The notes beneath the pieces are model-generated. The model did no database searches and had not been told where the DNA came from. It was given only the letters and a program-made list of their open reading frames with translations. This document shows positions 47,093-55,504 of a stretch of DNA of 64,000 nt, in pieces (the stretch's first letter is position 1; every line of letters begins with the position of its first letter). The translations under genes were made by a program, and so were the position numbers. Location: positions 1,678 through 65,677 of the forward strand of contig NVXU02000044.1 of NCBI GenBank assembly GCA_002734065.2, in the 5' to 3' direction. The DNA is from Fluviicola sp. (lineage in GTDB: Bacteria; Bacteroidota; Bacteroidia; Flavobacteriales_D; Crocinitomicaceae).

Positions 47093-47989
47093 CTACCTAT
47101 TCCGTTGCGTCTCCTTGTCCTGAGAATTAGTCTCCACAGCAGGACAGCTTTTCGCTTTTTTCTCGAACATAAACATGTACTTGATATGAAATAAAAGCGG
47201 CATATAATCAGACGCAAAATATTTAATGGTTGGTCTTCCTTTGTTCCATTCATAAGCTCCTAAAATTGGAATTCTCACGCCCGGAATTAGGTAAGCTCCT
47301 CGTTTCAATTTAATTCCAATTCCCAAACCATAATGCAATTGCGCTATGAAGTTTTGTTGATACTGTTGTGGGGCGCCAACGGCTCCCAGTGCGGCAAGAT
47401 GATCTCCTGTGGGTCCATCAACCGGTGATTTTAGCACGCTGTAATCAAAATTAACTCCTACACTGTTATCTAAATAGAATTTCTTGATCTTTTTTAAATG
47501 ACCATTCTTATGAATACTAAATCGTCCGTAAACATGACCTCTTTGGAACCTGCCCTCGGTCTCGCTTGTTCCTATTATTGCGCCTGCAGGGGTTAGTCTG
47601 TCAACGCTCATTCTTTCTAGTCCTCTAAAATATTTAAAGCCCAATCCCCAGTCATAATAGCTGACCAAAACTGTCTTCAGAGCAAGAGATAATTTTGACC
47701 TTTTCTTCGGAAAGTGAACCAGGCCTATTTCTCCATAAACGCCCAAAAGTCCTTTGGGCTTAATGGTATATTGACCGTTTATAAAGCCGTTATCAAAAGG
47801 TTCTGTCTTATAATTCATGCGTGTCATCAAATAGGTTCCTCCCAGTTGAAATTGCAAGCCGGTATATCCTAACTTTCTAAAATCGCGTGTTCCAAAGCCT
47901 TGGTTTTTCTTTGTTGGAGTTAAATCACGAGGTTGTGTCAATGCAACTATTGGCAGAATCACTATAAGTAAAAGGATTAATTTTTTCAT
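47093..47989 (-). CDS. putative outer-membrane beta-barrel protein (hypothetical)
   Basis: Signal peptide, alternating Gly/aromatic-rich strands; ATGA overlap with KMO stop. Confidence 0.5.
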   Translation of the reverse strand: MKKLILLLIVILPIVALTQPRDLTPTKKNQGFGTRDFRKLGYTGLQFQLGGTYLMTRMNYKTEPFDNGFINGQYTIKPKGLLGVYGEIGLVHFPKKRSKLSLALKTVLVSYYDWGLGFKYFRGLERMSVDRLTPAGAIIGTSETEGRFQRGHVYGRFSIHKNGHLKKIKKFYLDNSVGVNFDYSVLKSPVDGPTGDHLAALGAVGAPQQYQQNFIAQLHYGLGIGIKLKRGAYLIPGVRIPILGAYEWNKGRPTIKYFASDYMPLLFHIKYMFMFEKKAKSCPAVETNSQDKETQRNR

Positions 47990-49326
47990 ATTTTTTCTAA
48001 TATCATATTTATAACGTCGTCAGAATTCCATTTATTCTCAATGTCGCTCATTTGCATCACTTCTTTCATGATGTTGGTTTGGCGTTTTCCATTCTTCAAT
48101 GCTTCACTGTAGCGAATGTCAGAGAAGGTCACTTGAGAATATAACGGCATCCACTTTTCTGGGTACAGTTTGGAGAATTTCGCCTCTATTTTTTTCTGCA
48201 ATAAGAATTTTGGATCAGCCACAAAGTCGCGCATTACGTAGTAATTATATAAAGATAAGTCTTGCAATGCATCACCATCTGGTTTGCGAATTTCGCTGTA
48301 TTCTTCAAAGACTTTTTCCCAATTCTCATTGTGTTTTTGCATCAATTCCCAAAGAACGGTGCAATCTTCAAAACCGCCATTCATTCCTTGTCCGTAAAAA
48401 GGAACGGTTGCATGAGCCGCATCACCAATTAAGGCTGTTTTGCCATGATGCCATGGGTAAGAACGCATAATTGCCAATGAAGAAAGAGGATGATCTTCCC
48501 AAGCATCTGCCACATTGGGCATCATCTCATAAAAATCCGTAAAGGTTGATTTGAAAAAGGCATCTACTTCTTCTTTGGTGTTTACCTTATCGAAAGAATT
48601 CTCTTCGCCATCATGTGGCATGAACAAAGTACAAGTAAAAGAACCGTCCTCATTAGCAAGAGCAATCAACATAAACTTACCTCTTGGCCAAATATGCAAA
48701 GTGTTTTTATCTAACTTATACGAACCGTCTTCGTTGGCAGGGAGAAGTAATTCTCGGTAGCCATCAGCCAAGTATTTTTGACTAAAGTTAAATCGATCAA
48801 CCTTCTGAAACGCATTGTACCTAACCGCAGAAAAAGCTCCATCAGCAGCGAAAACAACATCTGCTTGCGCTGTTGAAACTTCTCCCGTATTTCGATTCTT
48901 TAAAGTAACCTCTCCCTTCTCAGTATCGGCATCAATGCATTCCATATTGTAATGAATCGTCGCTCCACCTTTCTCTTCGGCGATGTCCATCATTTTTGCA
49001 TTTACTCCACCCCTTGAAACAGAATAAATAGCTTGTCCTTCTTTTCCATAAGGCTGGTAAGAAAGGTTTCCCTCCATGTCGTGCATCGTTCTGCCAAACA
49101 TTGGAATGGCAATTTCTCGGATTTCATCTCCTACATCAACAGTGTCCAAAGCTTTCCATCCTCTTGTAGAAAGTGCAAGGTTGATTGATTTACCCGCAGA
49201 AATATCTGCCCTTCTAATGTCGGGGCGACTTTCAAAAATAGTCACTTTATATCCTGCTTTTGACAAATAAACGGCCCACAATGAACCGACTAACCCTGCT
49301 CCGACAATAATTGCTGTTTTTTCCAT
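47986..49326 (-). CDS. kmo: kynurenine 3-monooxygenase (FAD-dependent)
   Basis: GAGLVGS FAD motif, GDAAHATVPFYGQGMN motif; start set to MEKTAIIVGAG (49326). Confidence 0.88.
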   Translation of the reverse strand: MEKTAIIVGAGLVGSLWAVYLSKAGYKVTIFESRPDIRRADISAGKSINLALSTRGWKALDTVDVGDEIREIAIPMFGRTMHDMEGNLSYQPYGKEGQAIYSVSRGGVNAKMMDIAEEKGGATIHYNMECIDADTEKGEVTLKNRNTGEVSTAQADVVFAADGAFSAVRYNAFQKVDRFNFSQKYLADGYRELLLPANEDGSYKLDKNTLHIWPRGKFMLIALANEDGSFTCTLFMPHDGEENSFDKVNTKEEVDAFFKSTFTDFYEMMPNVADAWEDHPLSSLAIMRSYPWHHGKTALIGDAAHATVPFYGQGMNGGFEDCTVLWELMQKHNENWEKVFEEYSEIRKPDGDALQDLSLYNYYVMRDFVADPKFLLQKKIEAKFSKLYPEKWMPLYSQVTFSDIRYSEALKNGKRQTNIMKEVMQMSDIENKWNSDDVINMILEKI

Positions 49327-49330
49327 CCTA

Positions 49331-49552
49331 TTATTTTCTTTTCCAACCTTTCGAGTACGATGTCTCAAAAAATTGATTCCTTGATCTTTGTGCTACTTTT
49401 TTCTTGTGTATCACAACACTTATTCTCCACAAAACAATGCCTCCAATCAACACAGCAACCGTTTGAATCGCCAAATTAACATACGACGAAACATCACTAG
49501 CAGCCCCTGAATATTGAGCTCTAATTAGTAATTCTATGGTTAAATCTTCCAT
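49331..49552 (-). CDS. small single-TM protein (hypothetical)
   Basis: 73 aa, one TM; stop 4 nt before KMO start; weak. Confidence 0.4.
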   Translation of the reverse strand: MEDLTIELLIRAQYSGAASDVSSYVNLAIQTVAVLIGGIVLWRISVVIHKKKVAQRSRNQFFETSYSKGWKRK

Positions 49553-49573
49553 TTATCTTTCAAGAGCAACCGT

Positions 49574-49607
49574 CAATTATTAATTGATAATTGCACATTA
49601 TTAATTG
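49574..49607. repeat. AT-rich intercistronic motif, copy B (CAATTATTAATTGATAATTGCACATTATTAATTG)
   Basis: Equals copy A plus a 7-bp insertion (ATAATTG) and one C/T difference; lies just past the kynU stop. Confidence 0.7.
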
Positions 49608-49610
49608 TAA

Positions 49611-50906
49611 TTATTGAATCGCTTTCTCTAAACACACTCCAAAACGGTAACAATCCTCGTAAGAATTATACAGCGGTGCCGGAGCTATTCTGATAACATT
49701 GGGTTCTCTCCAATCTGCAATCACTCCTTGCTTTGTCAATGCGTCAAACAATGCTTTTCCTTGTCCATGCGCAAGAATTGATAATTGTGCCCCTCGTTTT
49801 GTTTTGTCTTTTGGCGTTATAATTTCAAAGGTGCATCTGTCCGAATTCTTTGCAGAAATATCTTCAATCACAAACTCCAAAAATGCTGTCATTTGATCTC
49901 TTTTCTCTCCAATTCTATCCATTCCCGCTTCTTCAAAAATATCTAAGGATGCTAAATGCGCTGCCATTCCCAAAACGGGAGCGTTGCTTAATTGCCAACC
50001 TTCTGCTCCTCGCATCGGGTTAAAACCGGGCTCCATCTGGAAGCGAGTTTCTTTGTCATAACCCCACCAACCTGCTAAACGAGGCAATTCTGGCTTATAA
50101 GCGTGTCTTTCATGCACAAACATACCCGAAACGCCTCCTGGAGAAGAATTTAAGTACTTATAACTGCACCAAGCGGCAAAATCTACCCCCCAATCGTGCA
50201 ATTTAAGGTTAATGTTTCCTGCGGCATGCGCTAAATCAAACCCAACCTTTGCTCCGACTTTATGTCCCGCGTCTGTGATTGATTTCATGTTAAACAACTG
50301 CCCTGTATAATAATTTACACCGCCAATCATGATCATTGCGAGTTCGTCCCCAAGCTCTGCAATTTTTGCCAAAATATCTTCTTCTCTAATTAAATGTTCT
50401 CCTTCTCGTGGGGCAATTTCAACAAGATTTTCTTCTAAATTCAATCCGTGCAATTTCACTTGCGACTCCAATGCGTATTGGTCACTCGGAAAAGCTTTTG
50501 CTTCACAAATTATCTTCGTTCTCTTGCCTTTTGGTTCGTAGAATGAAATCATCAACAAGTGTAAATTGGTCGTTAGTGAATGCGTTACAACCACTTCTTC
50601 AGGATTTGCTCCAACGACATTAGCCACCTTTTGGGTTAAGAATTCGTGGTAAGAAAACCATGGTTTTTCTGCCAAAAAATGTCCTTCTACTCCAAATTTT
50701 GCCCAAGCATCTAGTTCTTCTTTGATATACTTCTCAACTGATTTTGGTTGCAAACCTAAAGAGTTCCCTGTAAAGTAAACCACTTCATTCTCCGTAAAAG
50801 TTGGAAGATAAAACCGTTCTCTGAAAGACCTTAGCGGGTCGTTTGCATCTAATTCTCTTGCAAATGCTTGAGAATTCATAAATGTTGTTGCTGTTAGCTC
50901 GTTCAT
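49611..50906 (-). CDS. kynU: kynureninase
   Basis: 431 aa PLP enzyme; CSYKYLNSSPG lysine region and overall KynU-like sequence. Confidence 0.92.
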   Translation of the reverse strand: MNELTATTFMNSQAFARELDANDPLRSFRERFYLPTFTENEVVYFTGNSLGLQPKSVEKYIKEELDAWAKFGVEGHFLAEKPWFSYHEFLTQKVANVVGANPEEVVVTHSLTTNLHLLMISFYEPKGKRTKIICEAKAFPSDQYALESQVKLHGLNLEENLVEIAPREGEHLIREEDILAKIAELGDELAMIMIGGVNYYTGQLFNMKSITDAGHKVGAKVGFDLAHAAGNINLKLHDWGVDFAAWCSYKYLNSSPGGVSGMFVHERHAYKPELPRLAGWWGYDKETRFQMEPGFNPMRGAEGWQLSNAPVLGMAAHLASLDIFEEAGMDRIGEKRDQMTAFLEFVIEDISAKNSDRCTFEIITPKDKTKRGAQLSILAHGQGKALFDALTKQGVIADWREPNVIRIAPAPLYNSYEDCYRFGVCLEKAIQ

Positions 50907-50928
50907 TCGTGTTAAAAATCGTGTTTGT

Positions 50929-50936
50929 CAAAAATA
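50929..50936 (-). promoter_or_regulatory. candidate -7 promoter box for kynU operon
   Basis: Minus strand TATTTTTG (TAnnTTTG), 22 nt upstream of ATG. Confidence 0.45.
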
Positions 50937-50991
50937 AGCAAATTCTAGCAAGGAAATGAAGAATAAAGCATCCAAAAAGTGAAACAATTGC

Positions 50992-50999
50992 TACTTTTG
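50992..50999 (+). promoter_or_regulatory. candidate -7 promoter box for hemL
   Basis: TACTTTTG, 16 nt upstream of ATG 51016. Confidence 0.45.
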
Positions 51000-51015
51000 A
51001 ATCAAAATCAATCTT

Positions 51016-52314
51016 ATGTCAAAAATCAATCGGTCAAACTCAGAAAATTTATTCAAAACGGCAAAAACCTACTTCCCAGGTGGGGTAAATTCTCCAGTAC
51101 GTGCTTTTAAGTCAGTAGAAGGCGCTCCAATCTTCATGAAAAAAGGAAACGGTTGCCATATTTACGATGAAGACAACAATAAATACATTGATTTTTGCTG
51201 TAGTTGGGGTCCGCTTATTTTAGGGCACAACAACAAGAGTGTTTATGACGGCATTGTGGATGCTTTGAAAAATGGAGCAAGTTTTGGAACGCCAACCGTA
51301 TTAGAAAACGAATTGGGAGAATTGATTCTTTCTAAAAACCCTTTCATAGATAAAATACGATTTGTCAGTTCTGGAACAGAAGCGGTAATGTCTGCTTTGA
51401 GAATGGCAAGAGGCTTCACAGGCAGAAAAAAAGTATTGAAATTTGAAGGTTGCTACCACGGCCACGTTGATTCAATGTTGGTAAAAGCAGGGTCAGGATT
51501 AGTCACTTTTGGAGAATCTTCAAGTGCCGGTGTTCCCGAAGAATATGCCAACGAAACATTGGTTTTGCCCTTAAATGACATTGATGCGTTGAAGAAATGC
51601 TTTGCAGAACACAAAAACGACATTGCTTGTGCGATAATTGAACCCATTCCCGCAAATAACGGCTTGCTTTTGCAAGATAAATCATTTTTAACTGCACTCC
51701 GAGAAATTTGCACAGAATATGGAGCGTTGTTATTCTTCGATGAAGTTATTTCTGGATTTAGAGTTGGATTTAACGGAGCATCAGAATTATATGGTATCAC
51801 TCCTGACATCATTACCTACGGAAAAATCATTGGCGGTGGTTTACCCGTTGGTGCTTATGGTGCAAGAAATGAAATTATGGCAATGATTTCTCCTGACGGA
51901 CCAGTTTACCAAGCAGGAACATTGTCTGGGAACCCTGTTGCGATGGCTGCTGGAATTGCGCAACTAACGGAATGTGCAAAAGACGGTTTTTACGAAGATC
52001 AAGAAAGAAGAACTAAAAACTTTGTGAACGCAATCAATGCACATGCCAAAGCCAAAGGATACGACTTTGAAATGGTTACCATTGCCTCTATTTTCTGGCT
52101 ATCTTTTGATGGTAAAAAGAAAATTCAAAACGCAGGTCAAATTGATCCTGACATGTCGAAATTTAGCGCGTTATTTTCGGAATTGCTCGACAGAGGTGTT
52201 TATTTAGGACCTAGTGGTTACGAGGTTGGATTTGTTTCACAAGCGCATACGGAAGAGTATTTAGCAGACGCAGCAGATGCTTTTTGTGAGAGTTTGGATG
52301 TCGTTTTAGGCTAG
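51016..52314 (+). CDS. hemL: glutamate-1-semialdehyde 2,1-aminomutase
   Basis: FPGGVNSPVRAF, FDEVISGFR, YGKIIGGGLPVGAYG motifs. Confidence 0.95.
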   Translation: MSKINRSNSENLFKTAKTYFPGGVNSPVRAFKSVEGAPIFMKKGNGCHIYDEDNNKYIDFCCSWGPLILGHNNKSVYDGIVDALKNGASFGTPTVLENELGELILSKNPFIDKIRFVSSGTEAVMSALRMARGFTGRKKVLKFEGCYHGHVDSMLVKAGSGLVTFGESSSAGVPEEYANETLVLPLNDIDALKKCFAEHKNDIACAIIEPIPANNGLLLQDKSFLTALREICTEYGALLFFDEVISGFRVGFNGASELYGITPDIITYGKIIGGGLPVGAYGARNEIMAMISPDGPVYQAGTLSGNPVAMAAGIAQLTECAKDGFYEDQERRTKNFVNAINAHAKAKGYDFEMVTIASIFWLSFDGKKKIQNAGQIDPDMSKFSALFSELLDRGVYLGPSGYEVGFVSQAHTEEYLADAADAFCESLDVVLG

Positions 52315-52324
52315 GCGGGCTCGT

Positions 52325-53839
52325 TTATCGTATAACTTCAATCTGTTTTCTGCTCTTTACAACAAAACAGACAGATTGATGGATATTTAGTTTTTCTTTT
52401 ATCTCCCCTATCTCTATTGGAATAATATTCCTTTCTGCATAGACTATCAACTGCGGGTCTAAAACAACATTTCCCGTTAAATAAATAATCTCATCTGGTT
52501 GTGCTTCTTTTTTAATGAATTTTCCTATTTCATAACTGGTTGCATAATAATCTCCATTTAGAGAATACTGTCCCGGACGATTGATGAAAAAGTAAATTCC
52601 GACAGAAAAAATAACAGTGAAAAATGTTAGTCTGTTTAAAAATGAAATAGATACACTTTTTGAATTCTTTAGCTGGTTATATAAAACACCAACCATTACA
52701 GATAAAAAGAGACCTGCGTACAGAGACACAAAATCATGCCCTGAATAATTCATTAACACGAGGTGAAGAAGAACTATCGGCGCAATTGAAAGCCAACAAA
52801 AAGAGGACAATCCTTTATTCTTCAGACTTGCTATTTTATTGTTTTTCACAAATAGAGTCAAAAAGGTAATTAGCAGCAAAAAAATCGGCAAGTAGGATGT
52901 TGTGTATGCAAAGAGTATTGCTCCTAATTCACTTATTTTTTCACTCCAGAAGTTCGTTTCTCCACTGAGGTTTCCCCGAACAGAAAAGCGATGCAACATC
53001 TGATTAAAATAGGCTTCCGCTCCATTAATTAAACTGTATTGCCAAATAATTAATCCCAAAGATGAAATAACAATCAATGTACTTGTCCCTAAAAGTAACA
53101 GGTAACGGTTGTCTTTTCTCCCATTTGCAATTGAAAATAAAGCGACAGAAAAAGCAAAGAACAAGCCCAGCCATGAAGTGTAAATCATAATAAACAAGCT
53201 TATTGCATATAATAGTAAATGCTTAATTGAGTCCGTTTTGTTTTTAACAACCATGGTTAGAACGATAAACGTGGACCAAATAAAAGGAAGCTGCACTAAA
53301 ATATCACTCATGTATGTGTTGCTTTGAAACCAAAGAACACCGGACGCGAATATGTAAATCACATAGGCAACGAGTCCAGGAACAAAAAGTTGTTCAAACG
53401 GTTTTTTACGGCAGAGTAGGCAAATAATTAGATAAATAAGAAAGGCAGAAAAGAAATTCCCAACCAAATTTAAAGATTGTAAAGCACCAACTTCGGCTTT
53501 AACTCCAGTCACCTTAAAAATAAAATACGGTAAAATATATGCGAGTTGTGGGTGTGAGACATAGTAATAATTTCCCTCACTATCTTTCATGTCTCCAGTT
53601 GTACTGGCATACACGTTAATGTTCTTGTTTGCTGCCCCTGAATAATTCATAACAGGATTAAAATGATATTTTGAAGCACCCTCTTTTTGCCAGATTTGCA
53701 ACACCCTTAACGGTATCGCGGTAACAAACTCATGGTGTTTAGAGAGGGGCCTGTTAAGGTTGGGATAACGGACAACCAACGACAAAGCAAAAACCATAAC
53801 CAAAGGCAATATTACTCTAAAGGTGGGTTTAATTCTCAT
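52325..53839 (-). CDS. polytopic membrane protein, GT-C fold (PMT_2/ArnT-like glycosyltransferase) candidate
   Basis: 504 aa, ~12 TM helices; early-loop HHEFVTAIPLRV resembles the HxWxxxT pattern of PMT_2-type enzymes; function is inference. Confidence 0.5.
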   Translation of the reverse strand: MRIKPTFRVILPLVMVFALSLVVRYPNLNRPLSKHHEFVTAIPLRVLQIWQKEGASKYHFNPVMNYSGAANKNINVYASTTGDMKDSEGNYYYVSHPQLAYILPYFIFKVTGVKAEVGALQSLNLVGNFFSAFLIYLIICLLCRKKPFEQLFVPGLVAYVIYIFASGVLWFQSNTYMSDILVQLPFIWSTFIVLTMVVKNKTDSIKHLLLYAISLFIMIYTSWLGLFFAFSVALFSIANGRKDNRYLLLLGTSTLIVISSLGLIIWQYSLINGAEAYFNQMLHRFSVRGNLSGETNFWSEKISELGAILFAYTTSYLPIFLLLITFLTLFVKNNKIASLKNKGLSSFCWLSIAPIVLLHLVLMNYSGHDFVSLYAGLFLSVMVGVLYNQLKNSKSVSISFLNRLTFFTVIFSVGIYFFINRPGQYSLNGDYYATSYEIGKFIKKEAQPDEIIYLTGNVVLDPQLIVYAERNIIPIEIGEIKEKLNIHQSVCFVVKSRKQIEVIR

Positions 53840-53939
53840 TGCCCTACAAAAGTAGTAAAATATCTATCGCCTTTTTACTCTGTCTTTTTGTAAAAAAGTC
53901 AATGGAAATTTTACTCACAATTTTATGTTTTTGAACGTT

Positions 53940-53984
53940 GCTGCAAAGGCTTTCTGTGAGAGTTTGGATGTGGTTTTGGGGTAG
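53940..53984 (+). pseudogene. relic copy of the hemL 3' end (last 14 codons plus stop)
   Basis: GCTGCAAAGGCTTTCTGTGAGAGTTTGGATGTGGTTTTGGGGTAG versus hemL 52270-52314: 38/45 identical. It encodes AAKAFCESLDVVLG* versus AADAFCESLDVVLG*. Confidence 0.7.
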
Positions 53985-54015
53985 GAATTAGCTTTTATTT
54001 TCTACATTAGCCCTT

Positions 54016-54885
54016 ATGAAACATCGTTCACTCTCCTTATTATTAATTTTTTTTAGTTGCACGTCTTTATATTCGCAAAAGAAACCATACAAATACATCT
54101 ACGAAAGTATTGATAGTATTGTTGTAAATCATGGTTATGAGGTTGCAAAAAGAAGAATAAAGGCCTACGAAAAACGATTTACTCTGAACCCTTTAGAAAT
54201 TCAAGATTTTGTTAAAACATCTTTAGATAGTGGGGATATCGGATATTTTAAACGGAAGCTAAAGTTTCTTTCTAGGAACTACGGCTTTATATACACATAC
54301 AAAGATACTATTGATATTCAATGGGCTTACAATTCAAATATCAAGAAGAAAATTTATGATAACGATCTTGTAGATTGGGCTGTCAAAATGAATAAAAAGA
54401 ATTACCCTAAATGGTTAGCCGAGCATTATAAAGAAGAAACATTTAATCAAAAATTTGCAATCCTGGATGAGAAAGATCAATACTTAAGATGGATATGCTC
54501 TTACTTCACTCCTCTTGACCCCTCCTATTCAGATTCTATTTTAACAAAAGGTGATTACGACAACTTTTTGGAGGTTTTAACCATTTATCAACTAAATGAC
54601 TCTATTATTCCCAACCCTTTTGATAATGGATTAAGTTATCCATCAGGATGGCTAATTATTTGGCATAATTTGAAAGACCCCAATATTATTGATTTAATTT
54701 GGACCCTATTGCTCCCTTACGTTGAAAAAACCTATGCAACCGGCAAGATTGGAAAACATTATTTTGAAGTGTACGATCATTGGCTTAATGAGTTTTTTAA
54801 CGAACAGTATTATGGAACACTTGAGAACGTTCCCATTCGAGACTCTGAACACTTTGAAGAAAGAAAGCTTAAATATCGACTGTAA
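54016..54885 (+). CDS. hypothetical lipoprotein / secreted protein
   Basis: Signal sequence with lipobox-like FFSC; no family recognised. Confidence 0.55.
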   Translation: MKHRSLSLLLIFFSCTSLYSQKKPYKYIYESIDSIVVNHGYEVAKRRIKAYEKRFTLNPLEIQDFVKTSLDSGDIGYFKRKLKFLSRNYGFIYTYKDTIDIQWAYNSNIKKKIYDNDLVDWAVKMNKKNYPKWLAEHYKEETFNQKFAILDEKDQYLRWICSYFTPLDPSYSDSILTKGDYDNFLEVLTIYQLNDSIIPNPFDNGLSYPSGWLIIWHNLKDPNIIDLIWTLLLPYVEKTYATGKIGKHYFEVYDHWLNEFFNEQYYGTLENVPIRDSEHFEERKLKYRL

Positions 54886-54956
54886 TTCATTAAAGAATGA
54901 ATGTCTTTAATTCTACAACTCCTTCCTTTTTACTATATTTATAAAAAACAAAATCA

Positions 54957-55502
54957 ATGACTATTCTATTCATCATACTCGGAATTGCCGCAGTAATCGG
55001 GTTTTTTCTTTGGACAATTTACAACCGACTTGTTCGCGCGCAGAATGTCGTGGATGAAGCATTCAGTGGAATTGATGTGCAACTAAAAAAACGTTTTACA
55101 CTCATTCCTCAGCTTGTGGATGTTACAAAAGCATACAACAAGCACGAGTCTAATATGCTAGAGCGCATCGTAAAATTAAGAAGCGGCGCGAGTTTGCAAG
55201 AAACTGCAGATAACGACCAAAAAGTGACGAGCACCTTGAATCTTTTAAAAATAACGGTGGAAGATTACCCAGAATTAAAAGCAAATACGCAGTTTTTAAA
55301 ACTTATGGACAACCTTTCTGCTGTCGAAAATGATTTGTCAATGGCGAGAAGGTATTACAACGGAGCGACGAGAGATTACAACACTAAAATTGAAGTTTTC
55401 CCCGCTGTTCTTATTGCCGGTAAGTTTGGCTTTAAAGAAGTAGACTTTTACGAAATAAATGAGGATGAAAAGGCTGTTCCTGAGATTAATTTAAACGACT
55501 AA
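54957..55502 (+). CDS. lemA: LemA-family protein
   Basis: N-terminal TM then IYNRLV ... YPELKAN ... RRYYNG motifs. Confidence 0.9.
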   Translation: MTILFIILGIAAVIGFFLWTIYNRLVRAQNVVDEAFSGIDVQLKKRFTLIPQLVDVTKAYNKHESNMLERIVKLRSGASLQETADNDQKVTSTLNLLKITVEDYPELKANTQFLKLMDNLSAVENDLSMARRYYNGATRDYNTKIEVFPAVLIAGKFGFKEVDFYEINEDEKAVPEINLND

Positions 55503-55504
55503 AC

